Positions 21,663 through 31,121 of a stretch of DNA of 64,000 nt are shown here, one piece after another. The notes beneath the pieces were generated by a model, which saw only the letters and a program-made list of their open reading frames with translations, was not told the DNA's origin and did not search any database. Positions within the stretch are counted from its first letter, which is position 1, and the number at the start of each line of letters is the position of its first letter. This DNA is from an uncultured delta proteobacterium (GTDB lineage Bacteria; Myxococcota_A; Polyangia; Palsa-1104), in assembly GCA_963785725.1 (NCBI GenBank), contig CAWAWS010000005.1, forward strand, positions 288,001-352,000, given 5' to 3'. Position numbers and translations under genes: made by a program.

Positions 21663-21692
21663 TTGACACGCAACTCAGCCACGAGTTACTAA
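21663..21692 (+). promoter_or_regulatory. Candidate sigma70 promoter for the amylase-GH15 pair
   Basis: TTGACA at 21663-21668 and TACTAA at 21687-21692 (18 bp spacer). Confidence 0.4.
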
Positions 21693-21722
21693 CGGGCAAC
21701 TCGCTCGTAGGGACGGTGATCG

Positions 21723-24050
21723 ATGCGATGCCTGGGCCTTCGTGGTCGCCGGTTGGCGTTCGGCCGTCTCTGGAGCAGCGCGGCATTGGCCGTCGCGATC
21801 GCCGGCTGTGGCGGCGGACATGGCGCGCCCGCGCCGGCCGACCTCGCCGTCGGCGGCATGAGCGACATGACCGGCGTCGTCGGCGTTTCGCGCGACGGCG
21901 GTGCCAACGACGGCGGCAGCGACGCGGGCGGCGGCGGCATCGTGCCCATCGGCGGCAGCGGCGTCGTCCCCGTTCGCAGCTGCGGCACCGTGTTCACGTT
22001 CGGCGATCCGAGCCCCGCCAGCGTCGTCGTCGCCGGCGAGTTCAACGCCTGGAGCCTCACCGCCAATCCGCTGACCGGACCCGACGTCAACGGGCAGTGG
22101 CAGACGACGATGACGCTGCCGACCGGCGCCTACGCGTACAAGTTCGTGGCCACCGATCCGACGGGCACGGTGACGTGGGAGCTCGACGCGGGCAATCCGT
22201 ACACGAAGTTCGTCGGCGGCGTCGAGAACTCGGTCGTCGAAGTGCCCGACTGTCAGCTGCCCGAGCTGCAGTATCAGTCGTTGACGGCGACCGCGGCGGG
22301 CGCGCTCACCGCCGCCGTGCAATACGTCGACGGCAACGGCGCCGCCGGGCTCGACGCCTCGACGCTGAACGTCACGCTCGACGGCGCGCCCGCCAACGGC
22401 ACCCTCGACGCGGGCGGCCTCATTCGCGTCGCGGCGAGCGGACTGGCGAAGACGAAGCACCGGCTCATCGTGCAAGCGGCCGATCGCGCCGGCCACGTCG
22501 CCGTCGACCTGCACGTGCCGTTTTGGGTGCAGGACCAGCCGTTCGATTTCCGCGACGGCCTCATGTACTTCACCTTCACCGACCGCTTTCGCGACGGCGA
22601 CGCGAGCAACAACGCGGCCACGCCCGACGTCGACCCGCGCGCCAACTACGAAGGCGGCGACTTCGCCGGCATCACGCAGGCCATCGACAGCGGCTACTTC
22701 GACGCGTTGTCGGTGCGCACGATCTGGATCTCGCCGCCCAACAAGAATCCCGACGACGCGCAGGCCGGCACCGACAACCACTTGTACTCGGGTTATCACG
22801 GCTACTGGCCGACGGCGGCCGACGACATCCAGCCCCGCTTCGGCGACCTGAACGCGCTCAAAACCCTAGTGGCGCACGCGCATCTGCATGGCATCCGCGT
22901 GCTCGTCGACGCCGTCCTCAACCACGTGCACTTGGAGCACCCTTATTGGGTGCAGCATCAGAACGACGGCTGGTTCAATCCGTCGACCATCGACGGCCAG
23001 CCGTGCGAATGCGGCGATCCCGGCTGCGGCGACTGGACGACGGCGCGCGAGACCTGCTGGTTCGAGAGCTACCTGCCCGACCTCGACTACACCAACTGGG
23101 ACGCGCTGACGACGATGATCGACGACGTCGTCTATTGGGCGCGCGAGGCCGACGTCGACGGCTTTCGCGTCGACGCCGTCAAGCACTTCAAGCTCGCCGC
23201 CACCAAGCGATTGCGCGGCAAGCTGCACGATCAATTCGAATGGACCGGCCCCATGTTCTATTTGGTCGGCGAGACGTTCGACGGCGATCGCACGCTCATC
23301 GAGAGCTTCATCGGCCCGCAAGCGCTCAACGGCCAGTTCGATTTCCCCATCTATTTCGCGATCACCGACACCTTGTCGACCTATTCGCAGTCGCTGCGCG
23401 AGCTCGAGTCGGCGACGGCGCAGTCGGACGCCGCCTTCGGCGACGCCGTCATGTCGCCGTTTTTCGGCAACCAAGACGTCTCGCGCTTTCTGTCGACGGC
23501 GGCCGGGCAGCTCGCCGCCGATCCGTCGGCACAAGCGTGGGACGACGCGACGCGGCCGGTGGCGCCGACGACCGAAGACGCCTACTTCAAGCTGCGCCTG
23601 GCGTTGACGTTCGTCGCCACGTCGCCGGGCGTGCCGCTCATTTACTACGGCGACGAGTATGGCCAGCCCGGCGCCGACGATCCCGACAATCGCCGCTTCA
23701 TGAAGTGGAACGGCTACAGCGCCTTCGAGCAGACGACGATCGACGTCACGCAGAAATTGGGCGCCGCGCGCGCCGAGTTGCCGGCCTTGCGCTACGGCCT
23801 TCGCCGCACGCTGTGGATCGACGACAACTTATATGTCTACGCGCGCGTCAACGGCAGCGACGTCGCCATCATCGTCATCAACCGCGACTTCGGCGGCGGA
23901 AACACGACCGCCGTTCCCGTGCCCGCCGACCTGCCGCTCGCCAACGGCACGGTGTTGAACGATCGGCTCGGCGGCGCGCCCATCACCGTCGTCAACAACA
24001 CGATCCCGCTCGCGATCGGCGCCCATGCGAGCGCGGTATTGGCGCCGTGA
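21723..24050 (+). CDS. GH13 alpha-amylase family lipoprotein with an N-terminal CBM48/AMPK-like domain
   Basis: Lipobox IAGC; VVVAGEFNAW...YAYKF; TDRF, GGDF, YHGYW, DAVLNH, DGFRVDAVKH, VGETF, FGNQD. Confidence 0.9.
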   Translation: MRCLGLRGRRLAFGRLWSSAALAVAIAGCGGGHGAPAPADLAVGGMSDMTGVVGVSRDGGANDGGSDAGGGGIVPIGGSGVVPVRSCGTVFTFGDPSPASVVVAGEFNAWSLTANPLTGPDVNGQWQTTMTLPTGAYAYKFVATDPTGTVTWELDAGNPYTKFVGGVENSVVEVPDCQLPELQYQSLTATAAGALTAAVQYVDGNGAAGLDASTLNVTLDGAPANGTLDAGGLIRVAASGLAKTKHRLIVQAADRAGHVAVDLHVPFWVQDQPFDFRDGLMYFTFTDRFRDGDASNNAATPDVDPRANYEGGDFAGITQAIDSGYFDALSVRTIWISPPNKNPDDAQAGTDNHLYSGYHGYWPTAADDIQPRFGDLNALKTLVAHAHLHGIRVLVDAVLNHVHLEHPYWVQHQNDGWFNPSTIDGQPCECGDPGCGDWTTARETCWFESYLPDLDYTNWDALTTMIDDVVYWAREADVDGFRVDAVKHFKLAATKRLRGKLHDQFEWTGPMFYLVGETFDGDRTLIESFIGPQALNGQFDFPIYFAITDTLSTYSQSLRELESATAQSDAAFGDAVMSPFFGNQDVSRFLSTAAGQLAADPSAQAWDDATRPVAPTTEDAYFKLRLALTFVATSPGVPLIYYGDEYGQPGADDPDNRRFMKWNGYSAFEQTTIDVTQKLGAARAELPALRYGLRRTLWIDDNLYVYARVNGSDVAIIVINRDFGGGNTTAVPVPADLPLANGTVLNDRLGGAPITVVNNTIPLAIGAHASAVLAP

Positions 24051-26440
24051 AGCGGCTCGCGATCCTGGGTCTGCTGCTCGTTTCGTCGACGGCGACGGCG
24101 CAGACCGTGAGCCCGAGCTGGACGTCGCTCACCACCGGCAACGGCTACGGCTTCCAAGTATTCGACACGAGCGCGCACAAGGTGACGACGTTCCTCGAGC
24201 ATCCGTATCGCTATCTCGGGCCCAATCCGAGCGATCCGCACGCCGAAGGCATCTTGCGCCGCAACCTCGCCTACGACTTCTACTTCGGCGTGCGCTCGGG
24301 CGCGACCGCCGGCTGGCTCAACGCGCCCACCGTCGCCGGCGACACCAGCTACGTCGACCAAGCGCACATCATCGACTCGACGGCCACGCTCGGCGCCATC
24401 GCCACCGAGTCCTACTTCTTCGCGCCCTTCGACTATCCCGGCAACGCCATGGTCGCGCTCTTGAAGGCGCCCGCCGCCTCCGATGGATTCGTGCTCTTCA
24501 ACTTCCACATGGGCTCGGGCGGCGGCGAAACGCCGGGCAGCGACGGCGAGAGCATCCGCTACGTGGCCGTCGGCAACTCCGGCGCCGTCGTCGAGACCGG
24601 ACCGGGCGGCGGCTTCATGGTCTACGTGCCGCTGTCGCAGGTCGCGCACATGGACTGCAGCGGCGTCTACAACAAGGTCCTCGCCGGCTCGGACCTCGCG
24701 GACAACACCAGCTGCAGCGGCAGCGACGTCGTCCCCGCGTTCCAAGGCCCGATCGACAGCGACGGCTGGATGGGCGCGGCCGTGCAGTTCGTCGACAGCA
24801 CCAACCCCGCCGACGCCGACGCCGCGGCCGCGAGCTTGGTCGCGTGGGCCAAGGCGCGCACGCCGACGCAGCTCCTGTCCGACGCGCGCGCCGAGTTCGA
24901 GGCCTGGCGCAAAGCCCCGGCGACGACGCTGCCGATGTGCAACGACGCCGAGCGGCAGGTGTGGCGGCAGTCGGAAGCGGTGCTGCGCATGGCGCAGATT
25001 CGCGAGCCCAACACGGCGACGCGCTTCAACAACGGCATGATCTTGGCGTCGCTGCCGCCCGGCATGTGGCACACGGCCTGGGTGCGCGACGCCACGTACG
25101 CCATCGTCGCCTTGTCGCGCAGCGGCCACTACGCCGAAGCCAAAGCGGGCCTCAATTTTCTCCTCAACGCGCAGCCTGTCGGCAGCTACGCGAGCTACGT
25201 CGACAACCAGAGCTATCGCATCTCGCTCACGCGCTACTTCGGCAACGGCCAAGAGGAATGCGACTGGAACGCCAACGGCCCCAACACCGAGATGGACGGC
25301 TGGGGTTTGACGCTCTGGGCGGCGCGGCAATATGTCGAAGCCTCGGGCGACACCGCTTGGCTGGCGACGACGACCGGCTTCGGCGCGGTTTACGACGTCT
25401 TGCAAGGCGGCGTCGCGGCGCCGCTGGAAGCGAACTTGGAGACGACGGCGCCGAACCAATCGATCGTGCGCGCCGACTCGTCGATCTGGGAAGTGCATCA
25501 GCCAGGCAAGCACTACGCGTACACGACGATGGCGGCGGCGCGCGGCTTCTGCGACTTGGCGGCGCTGGCGCAAAAGAGCGGCAAAGCCACCGACGTGACG
25601 CACTACGCGACCTTGTCGTCGACGGTGAAGACGGCTTTTTACGGCCGCTTCGTCGACGCGCAGCAGGCGCTCGGCGGCTCGGTGGAAGGCTTGGCGTCGA
25701 ACATTTATTACGACGGCGCGCTGGCCGAAGCGTTCAACCTCGACCTCTTGCCCGACTACTCGGGGCCGATGGCGACGGCGACGTTGACGCTGTTCAACCA
25801 CTTGCGCGTGGCGTCGGGCGGCTACAAGCGCGACAACGACAACGGCTCGTCGTACGACAACAACGAGTGGATCTTCGTCGATCTGCGCGTCAGCGACGCC
25901 TTGCGCCGGGCCGGGCACGTCGGCGACGCCGATCGCTTCTTCGGTCAGGTCGTGCAGCAGGCGGCGGCCAACTTCGATTTGGTGCCCGAGCTGCTCAACG
26001 ACACGGCCGGCGCCGGCGCCATCGGCAGCTTCACCGGCTCGATCCCGATGGTCGGCTACGGCGCGGGCACGCTCATGCTGGTCATGATGGACCGCTCCGG
26101 CGCGTGGGAGCCGAACGACTGCGGCGACGGCAAGCGCACGAGCGGCACGGCCTATCAGTGTCCGGCCGTCGTCGGCGACGGTGGCAGCGACGGCGGCGCC
26201 AACATCAGTGACGGCGGCGTGGCCGGCGGTGGCGGCAGCGCGGGCGGCGGCGGCAGCAGCAGCGCCGGCGGCAGCGGCAACGCCGGCGGCGGCGGCAAGT
26301 CACCGGCGACGCAGCACGGCGGCGCCTGCGTCTGCAACGTCAGCGGCCGCGGCCCGACGTCGGGCACGATGACGCTGTTGGCGCTGCCCTGGCTGCTCGT
26401 CGGCATGCGCCTGTGCGGCAAAGCCCGCTGCGCGAAATAG
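24047..26440 (+). CDS. GH15 glucoamylase-like secreted protein with a Gly/Ser linker and MYXO-CTERM-like anchor
   Basis: GTGA overlap with the upstream stop; signal peptide; WHTAWVRDATY and DSSIWE GH15 motifs; C-terminal GGACVC...LLALPWLLVGMRL..K.R..K. Confidence 0.8.
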   Translation: MKRLAILGLLLVSSTATAQTVSPSWTSLTTGNGYGFQVFDTSAHKVTTFLEHPYRYLGPNPSDPHAEGILRRNLAYDFYFGVRSGATAGWLNAPTVAGDTSYVDQAHIIDSTATLGAIATESYFFAPFDYPGNAMVALLKAPAASDGFVLFNFHMGSGGGETPGSDGESIRYVAVGNSGAVVETGPGGGFMVYVPLSQVAHMDCSGVYNKVLAGSDLADNTSCSGSDVVPAFQGPIDSDGWMGAAVQFVDSTNPADADAAAASLVAWAKARTPTQLLSDARAEFEAWRKAPATTLPMCNDAERQVWRQSEAVLRMAQIREPNTATRFNNGMILASLPPGMWHTAWVRDATYAIVALSRSGHYAEAKAGLNFLLNAQPVGSYASYVDNQSYRISLTRYFGNGQEECDWNANGPNTEMDGWGLTLWAARQYVEASGDTAWLATTTGFGAVYDVLQGGVAAPLEANLETTAPNQSIVRADSSIWEVHQPGKHYAYTTMAAARGFCDLAALAQKSGKATDVTHYATLSSTVKTAFYGRFVDAQQALGGSVEGLASNIYYDGALAEAFNLDLLPDYSGPMATATLTLFNHLRVASGGYKRDNDNGSSYDNNEWIFVDLRVSDALRRAGHVGDADRFFGQVVQQAAANFDLVPELLNDTAGAGAIGSFTGSIPMVGYGAGTLMLVMMDRSGAWEPNDCGDGKRTSGTAYQCPAVVGDGGSDGGANISDGGVAGGGGSAGGGGSSSAGGSGNAGGGGKSPATQHGGACVCNVSGRGPTSGTMTLLALPWLLVGMRLCGKARCAK

Positions 26441-26830
26441 CTACGGCGCGTAGGCGTATTCGAGCTTGATGCCGTCGGGATCGCCGAAGAAGAGCGCGTA
26501 ATAACCCGGCGAATACGGATATTCGGCGGGCGCGTTCAAGATCGTGAAGCCATGCGCCACGACGTCTTTGGCGAGCGCGTCGACGGCCGCGCGACTGGGC
26601 GCCGCGAACGCCAGCTCGCACAATCCGACGCGATCTTTACTGAAGCGATCGCTCGAGTATCGCGGATCTTCGGGCCGAATCCACACCCGGCCCTGCGGCG
26701 ACGACCAGCCGCTGAAGTCGCCGAAGTCCTGCCGCTCGGTGAACCCCAGCGCCGGCAACAGCCAGCCGTACGCGGCGCGCGAGCGCTCGAGCTGCTTGAC
26801 GCACAAAATGACGTGGTGGATGGCCGACAT
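26441..26830 (-). CDS. VOC/glyoxalase family protein
   Basis: IHHVILCV, GLCELAF, YYALFFGDPDGIKLE. Confidence 0.88.
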   Translation of the reverse strand: MSAIHHVILCVKQLERSRAAYGWLLPALGFTERQDFGDFSGWSSPQGRVWIRPEDPRYSSDRFSKDRVGLCELAFAAPSRAAVDALAKDVVAHGFTILNAPAEYPYSPGYYALFFGDPDGIKLEYAYAP

Positions 26831-26927
26831 GCGCGCCATCGTAGCCGGGCGACGAAAAAAACGCAGCCGTCGTGTGATGGCGGGCGGGCGCGCGGCGACC
26901 AACGGATAGAAGACACGATGGCCACCG

Positions 26928-27086
26928 ATGAATCAGCGGACTTCGTCGCGCAGCTGGCTGGCGAAGCTCTTGCGTTCGCCCCTGTTGCAGCGGCTGGCGC
27001 GCGATTTGAGCGGGCACAGCTTGCAGGCGGCGCGCGCGGCGATCGAGCGGCTGGCTACGTTCGAGCGGGAAACGACGGCGGAATGA
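26928..27086 (+). CDS. Possible 52-aa small protein (MNQRTSSRSWLAKLLRSPLLQRLARDLSGHSLQAARAAIERLATFERETTAE)
   Basis: Short amphipathic ORF filling the gap between divergent and convergent genes; below the ORF-track length cutoff. Confidence 0.35.
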   Translation: MNQRTSSRSWLAKLLRSPLLQRLARDLSGHSLQAARAAIERLATFERETTAE

Positions 27087-28212
27087 TCGGCCGCAACGGC
27101 TCGCCCGACGGCCGCACCAGCGTCGTCTGCTCGCTCGACGGCGCCGGCGGCTGATAGTCGCGCTCATAAATACGCAAGAGCGCGACGAACATGGCGACGA
27201 ACATGGGACCGACGAGCAGCCCGACCGCGCCGAACGCTTCGATGCCGCCGAAGACCGAGATGAGGACGAGCAGCTCGTGCAGCCGCATGTGATTGCGCAT
27301 GAGGCGCGGGCGCAGCCAATAGTCGGGACCGGCGACGACGACGAGCGCCCACCACCAGCCGAGGCCCATGCCGGCGGCGAAGTGGCCCGAGAGCATCAGC
27401 ACGAGCGCGACCGGCGCGCACACGAGGCCGGTGCCGATGGCCGGCAAGAGCGACGCCATGGCGGCGAGCGCGGCCCAGACGATCGGCTTACTGACGCCGA
27501 AGATCCAAAAGCCGAGGCCCGACAGCGTGCCTTGCACGATGGCGATGACGCCGATGCCGAGCAGCGTGCCCACGGCGACGTCGTGGAATTCGTGCATGAG
27601 CGCGCGCGTCTCGTCCTGCGGCAAGGGCACGATGCGCACGCCGAAGCGCGCCAGCTCCTGCCCTTCGAGCAGCAGATAATAGGACGTGACGGTCGTGAAG
27701 ATGATGACGCCGAAGCCGTGCGTCGTCGCCGCCAGCACGCCGCCGACGACGTCGGTCAAGTGCGCCGTCGCCGCGTGGCTGTACGCCTGCGCCTGCTTGA
27801 GCACGCTGTCGGGCGTCTGACCGAAGTGGCGCAGCATCCGGCCGACGTGCGCCGAATGCAGCCAGCTGTTGAACAGCGCCTCGTGTCGCGGCGCCACGTC
27901 GGTCAAATAGAAGAGCAGCTCTTTGACGACGAAATAGCCCATGAAGAAGACGACGCCGACGCCGATGGCGACGGTCAGAAAGCTGATGGCGGCGGCGAGC
28001 AGGCGCGGATGCTGGCCGTAGCGATTCTCGAGCTTGCGCTGCAGCGGCGAGGCGACGACGGCGAGCATGACGCCGAGAAACACCGGCACCCAGATCGGCA
28101 GCACCGTCCATAAAAAGAGCATCCCGGCGACGGCCAAGAGCACGCCGAAGGTGCGCTTTTCGAAGTGAGTCGGCTGCCTCGCGACAGGGCGCTCGAGAGT
28201 GCTCGCGGCCAT
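27055..28212 (-). CDS. AI-2E (PerM/YdiK) family transporter
   Basis: Multiple TMs; ASLLPAIGTGLV; DYWLRPRLM; VLISVFGGIEAFGAVGLLVGP. Confidence 0.9.
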   Translation of the reverse strand: MAASTLERPVARQPTHFEKRTFGVLLAVAGMLFLWTVLPIWVPVFLGVMLAVVASPLQRKLENRYGQHPRLLAAAISFLTVAIGVGVVFFMGYFVVKELLFYLTDVAPRHEALFNSWLHSAHVGRMLRHFGQTPDSVLKQAQAYSHAATAHLTDVVGGVLAATTHGFGVIIFTTVTSYYLLLEGQELARFGVRIVPLPQDETRALMHEFHDVAVGTLLGIGVIAIVQGTLSGLGFWIFGVSKPIVWAALAAMASLLPAIGTGLVCAPVALVLMLSGHFAAGMGLGWWWALVVVAGPDYWLRPRLMRNHMRLHELLVLISVFGGIEAFGAVGLLVGPMFVAMFVALLRIYERDYQPPAPSSEQTTLVRPSGEPLRPIIPPSFPART

Positions 28213-28301
28213 CTGCTTGCCAGGACTGCAATCGTCACGCCCGCGAAATCGCCGCGAATTCACATCGGGAAACCGCCGTAAATGGAACTCGCGTTCCCGC
28301 T

Positions 28302-29771
28302 TCAGCGGCTGTCTTTGTCGTGCTCGACGAGCGGAGAGAAGAAATTGTCCTTCTTCGTATATTCGTCGACGTTGAAGCGGAACTTGAGGCTCGGCGCCGC
28401 GCGCTGATTGCAGTCGGTGCGCTCGCAAAAGCGACAGCTCACGCCGACGGGAATGGCCATCTTCGCGTCCGAGAACGGGATGTCCTGCGCGTAGGCGAGA
28501 TGGCGCGCCGCGTCCACGTGCGTGCCGAGGCCGATCGAATAGGTCGTGCCGCGCACGACCGAGCCCTGCGCCGGCTGCACGGCGACTTTGGCGAAACAGA
28601 AGAACGTCATGCCGTCCGGCATCACCGAATATTGCCGGGTAATGATCGACGGATTCAAAAACGCGTTATGCACGGCCCATTTCGCGCACGAGCCGGTGCC
28701 TTCGGGGAAGCGTAAACCGGTCGCCGAATAACGCTTCGAGATATTGCCGGCGACGTCGCAGCGAATGAAGTGCATGGGAATTCCCGGCCGTTTCGGATCG
28801 GCGAGGTTACAGACGCGATGCGCGACGGCCTCGTAGCTCATCTCGAATAGATTCGATAAGAGCTCGATGTCGTAACGCGTGCGCTCGACCTCGTTGATGA
28901 ACTCTTCGTAAGGCAAGAGCAGCGCGCCGGCGAAGTAATTGGCGAGATGGATCTTGATGAGCCGCGGCGTCTCCGCGTGCTTGGGGCCGAACGCCTTGGC
29001 CAGCCGCTCGTCGAGCTGCGACTCGTCGAGCACGCGCAAGCCGACCGTCGCCGCCAACTGAAACTTGAGCGGCTGCTCCAACAGCGTCGTCGACAAGATC
29101 AGCGAGCGCTTCTTCGGATCATAGCGGCGCACGACCGAGCCGCGCGCCGGCGCGACCAGCTCGACGCGCACTTTGCGCGCCTTCAAGATCTTCACCAGCT
29201 CGTCGGAGAGAATGCGGCGGCCGAGCTTGAAATCGACGCGAACCCGCGCCGCCTCGGCCTCGAGCTCGGCGAAGTAGTTCTTATTGACCTGCAGGAAATC
29301 GGTTACTTCATCGAGCGGCGAATATCCCAATCGCACTTTCTCGAACGACGTGTCTTGCTGCTCCTCGGCCAAGCGCGTCGACACTTGTTCCAATTGTGTA
29401 CGCGCGTTTTTGTAGAGGTTGAAGAGCGCCACCAGCGTCGCCGTGCGCTTGGGCTCGCCCGAAAAATCGACGATATCGTCGTCGGTAATGCCGAGCGAGC
29501 GCAACAGCGGCTCGTCGAGCAGCTTGGCCAGCGCGTCGGGCGCGCGCCGCTCGCCCAGCGACGCCATGAACGCTTCCATCTCCAGACCGAAATAAGAAAG
29601 CGCCTTCCACAGTAGCGGGAGCTGGACCGTGCGCTTACCCTTTTCCAGGAGATTCAAATAGGCGCCGCTGACGCCGAGCTGTCGCGCGAGGTCGGACTGC
29701 TGCAGTCCGCGCTCGAGTCGCAGCTCGCGTAAACGGCGACCGATGTTGGCGTTGTCGCGCAGTGTGGCCAT
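28302..29771 (-). CDS. XRE-family short-chain fatty acyl-CoA regulator (ScfR/RamB/PrpR family)
   Basis: N-terminal XRE HTH (IGRRLRELR...YLNLLEKGKR); ANYFAGALLLPY; DVAGNISKR; C-terminal GVSCRFCERTDCNQRA Cys cluster. Confidence 0.92.
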   Translation of the reverse strand: MATLRDNANIGRRLRELRLERGLQQSDLARQLGVSGAYLNLLEKGKRTVQLPLLWKALSYFGLEMEAFMASLGERRAPDALAKLLDEPLLRSLGITDDDIVDFSGEPKRTATLVALFNLYKNARTQLEQVSTRLAEEQQDTSFEKVRLGYSPLDEVTDFLQVNKNYFAELEAEAARVRVDFKLGRRILSDELVKILKARKVRVELVAPARGSVVRRYDPKKRSLILSTTLLEQPLKFQLAATVGLRVLDESQLDERLAKAFGPKHAETPRLIKIHLANYFAGALLLPYEEFINEVERTRYDIELLSNLFEMSYEAVAHRVCNLADPKRPGIPMHFIRCDVAGNISKRYSATGLRFPEGTGSCAKWAVHNAFLNPSIITRQYSVMPDGMTFFCFAKVAVQPAQGSVVRGTTYSIGLGTHVDAARHLAYAQDIPFSDAKMAIPVGVSCRFCERTDCNQRAAPSLKFRFNVDEYTKKDNFFSPLVEHDKDSR

Positions 29772-29790
29772 CGACCAAAAGCCTCCAACA

Positions 29791-29820
29791 AATTTACAAG
29801 ATGCTTAACAACTGTAAATT
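29791..29820. promoter_or_regulatory. Inverted repeat, candidate ScfR operator
   Basis: AATTTACA-N14-TGTAAATT in the AT-rich divergent intergenic region. Confidence 0.55.
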
Positions 29821-29874
29821 CTCAATCGTTTCGCCGCAGCGCGGCATCCGAGGAGAATCATGCTCTTTTGTCCG

Positions 29875-29904
29875 TTGACAGCTTAACGACGGGTCCCTAA
29901 GAAT
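29875..29904 (+). promoter_or_regulatory. Candidate sigma70 promoter of the ethylmalonyl-CoA operon
   Basis: TTGACA at 29875-29880, 17 bp spacer, TAAGAAT from 29898; GAGGAG SD before ATG 29961. Confidence 0.55.
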
Positions 29905-29960
29905 TCAATCGGGTTGTTAATCAGAAAACCCGTGCCGAAGGTGTACGAGGAGAGGCGCGA

Positions 29961-31121
29961 ATGCTGAAGGAAGAGCATATCCAGATCCGCGATTCGGTCC
30001 GCGAGTTCGTCGAGCGTGAAATCAAGCCGATCGCCGATGAGCTGGACAACGCCGAGAAAGAAATTCCCATGCCCATCATCGGCAAGATGGCCGAGCTCGG
30101 TTATTTCGGGCTCATCTTCCCCGCCGAATATGGCGGAATGGGCCTCGACTCGTTATCGATGGCGATCGTGACCGAGGAGCTCTCGCGCGGCTGGCTGTCG
30201 GTGGGCTCGGTGATGACGCGCATGATCATCACCGGCACGCTTATCATGGCCAACGGCACCGAAGAGCAAAAGCAGAGCTTTCTGCCGAAGATCGCCTCGG
30301 GCGAGATGCTCACCGCGGCGGCGTTCACCGAGCCGGACGTCGGCAGCGACACCGCGTCGATGAAGCTGCGCGCCAATCTAGAAGGCGATCAATACAAGCT
30401 TCACGGCGAAAAGACGTGGTGTACGTTCGCCAATCGCGCGCACGTCTTGACCGTCTTGGCGCGCACCAATCCCGATATCAAACCGCTGCATAAAGGGCTC
30501 TCGATCTTGTTGGTCGAAAAGACGCCCGGCGACGGCTTCGCGCCGCCGGAATTGGGTGGCAGCCCGATTCCGACCATCGGCTACAAAGGCATGAAGTCTT
30601 ATTCGTTGGGATTCGACGGCTATCCGTGTCCCAAAGAAAACCTGCTCGGCGGCGAAGAGGGCAAGGGCTTTTACCAGCTGATGGCCACTTACGAATACGC
30701 GCGCATTCAAACGGCGGCGCGCGCGGTCGGCACGGCGCAGGCGTCTTATGAAGCGGCGCTGAAGTATGCGCAAGAGCGCGTGCAGTTCGGCCATCCCATC
30801 GGCGATTTCCAGGTCATTCGTCATAAGCTGGCGCACGCGGCCGTAGAGATCGAAGCGGCGCGTCAGCTCACTTATTACGCCTGCGAGAAGAAGGATTCGG
30901 GCGCGCGCTCCGACCTCGAAGCCGGCATGGCCAAGGTGTTCGCCGCCGAGATGGCCGAGCGCGTGACGTCGGAGATGATGCAGGTGTTCGGCGGATATGG
31001 TTATTCGCGCGAATATCCGGCGCAGCGTTATTGGCGCGATGCGCGCGTCTTCCGCATCTTCGAAGGCACCAGCGAGATCCAATACGAGGTCATTGCCAAG
31101 CGTTTGTTGGGCGGCAAATGA
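29961..31121 (+). CDS. mcd: Acyl-CoA dehydrogenase, probable methylsuccinyl-CoA dehydrogenase
   Basis: VTEELSRG, AFTEPDVGSD, IGYKGMKSY, GFYQLM, ARIQTAARAVG, IFEGTSEIQ; operon context with mch, mcl and ccr. Confidence 0.75.
   Translation: MLKEEHIQIRDSVREFVEREIKPIADELDNAEKEIPMPIIGKMAELGYFGLIFPAEYGGMGLDSLSMAIVTEELSRGWLSVGSVMTRMIITGTLIMANGTEEQKQSFLPKIASGEMLTAAAFTEPDVGSDTASMKLRANLEGDQYKLHGEKTWCTFANRAHVLTVLARTNPDIKPLHKGLSILLVEKTPGDGFAPPELGGSPIPTIGYKGMKSYSLGFDGYPCPKENLLGGEEGKGFYQLMATYEYARIQTAARAVGTAQASYEAALKYAQERVQFGHPIGDFQVIRHKLAHAAVEIEAARQLTYYACEKKDSGARSDLEAGMAKVFAAEMAERVTSEMMQVFGGYGYSREYPAQRYWRDARVFRIFEGTSEIQYEVIAKRLLGGK

Noticed and set aside
26200..26300. GGC-rich repeat as a DNA repeat element
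   Set aside because: It encodes the Gly/Ser linker of the GH15 protein.
21635..26440. 1601-aa ORF as one giant protein
   Set aside because: The first half is an off-frame shadow of the GH13 gene; the real GH15 begins at GTG 24047 with its own signal peptide.
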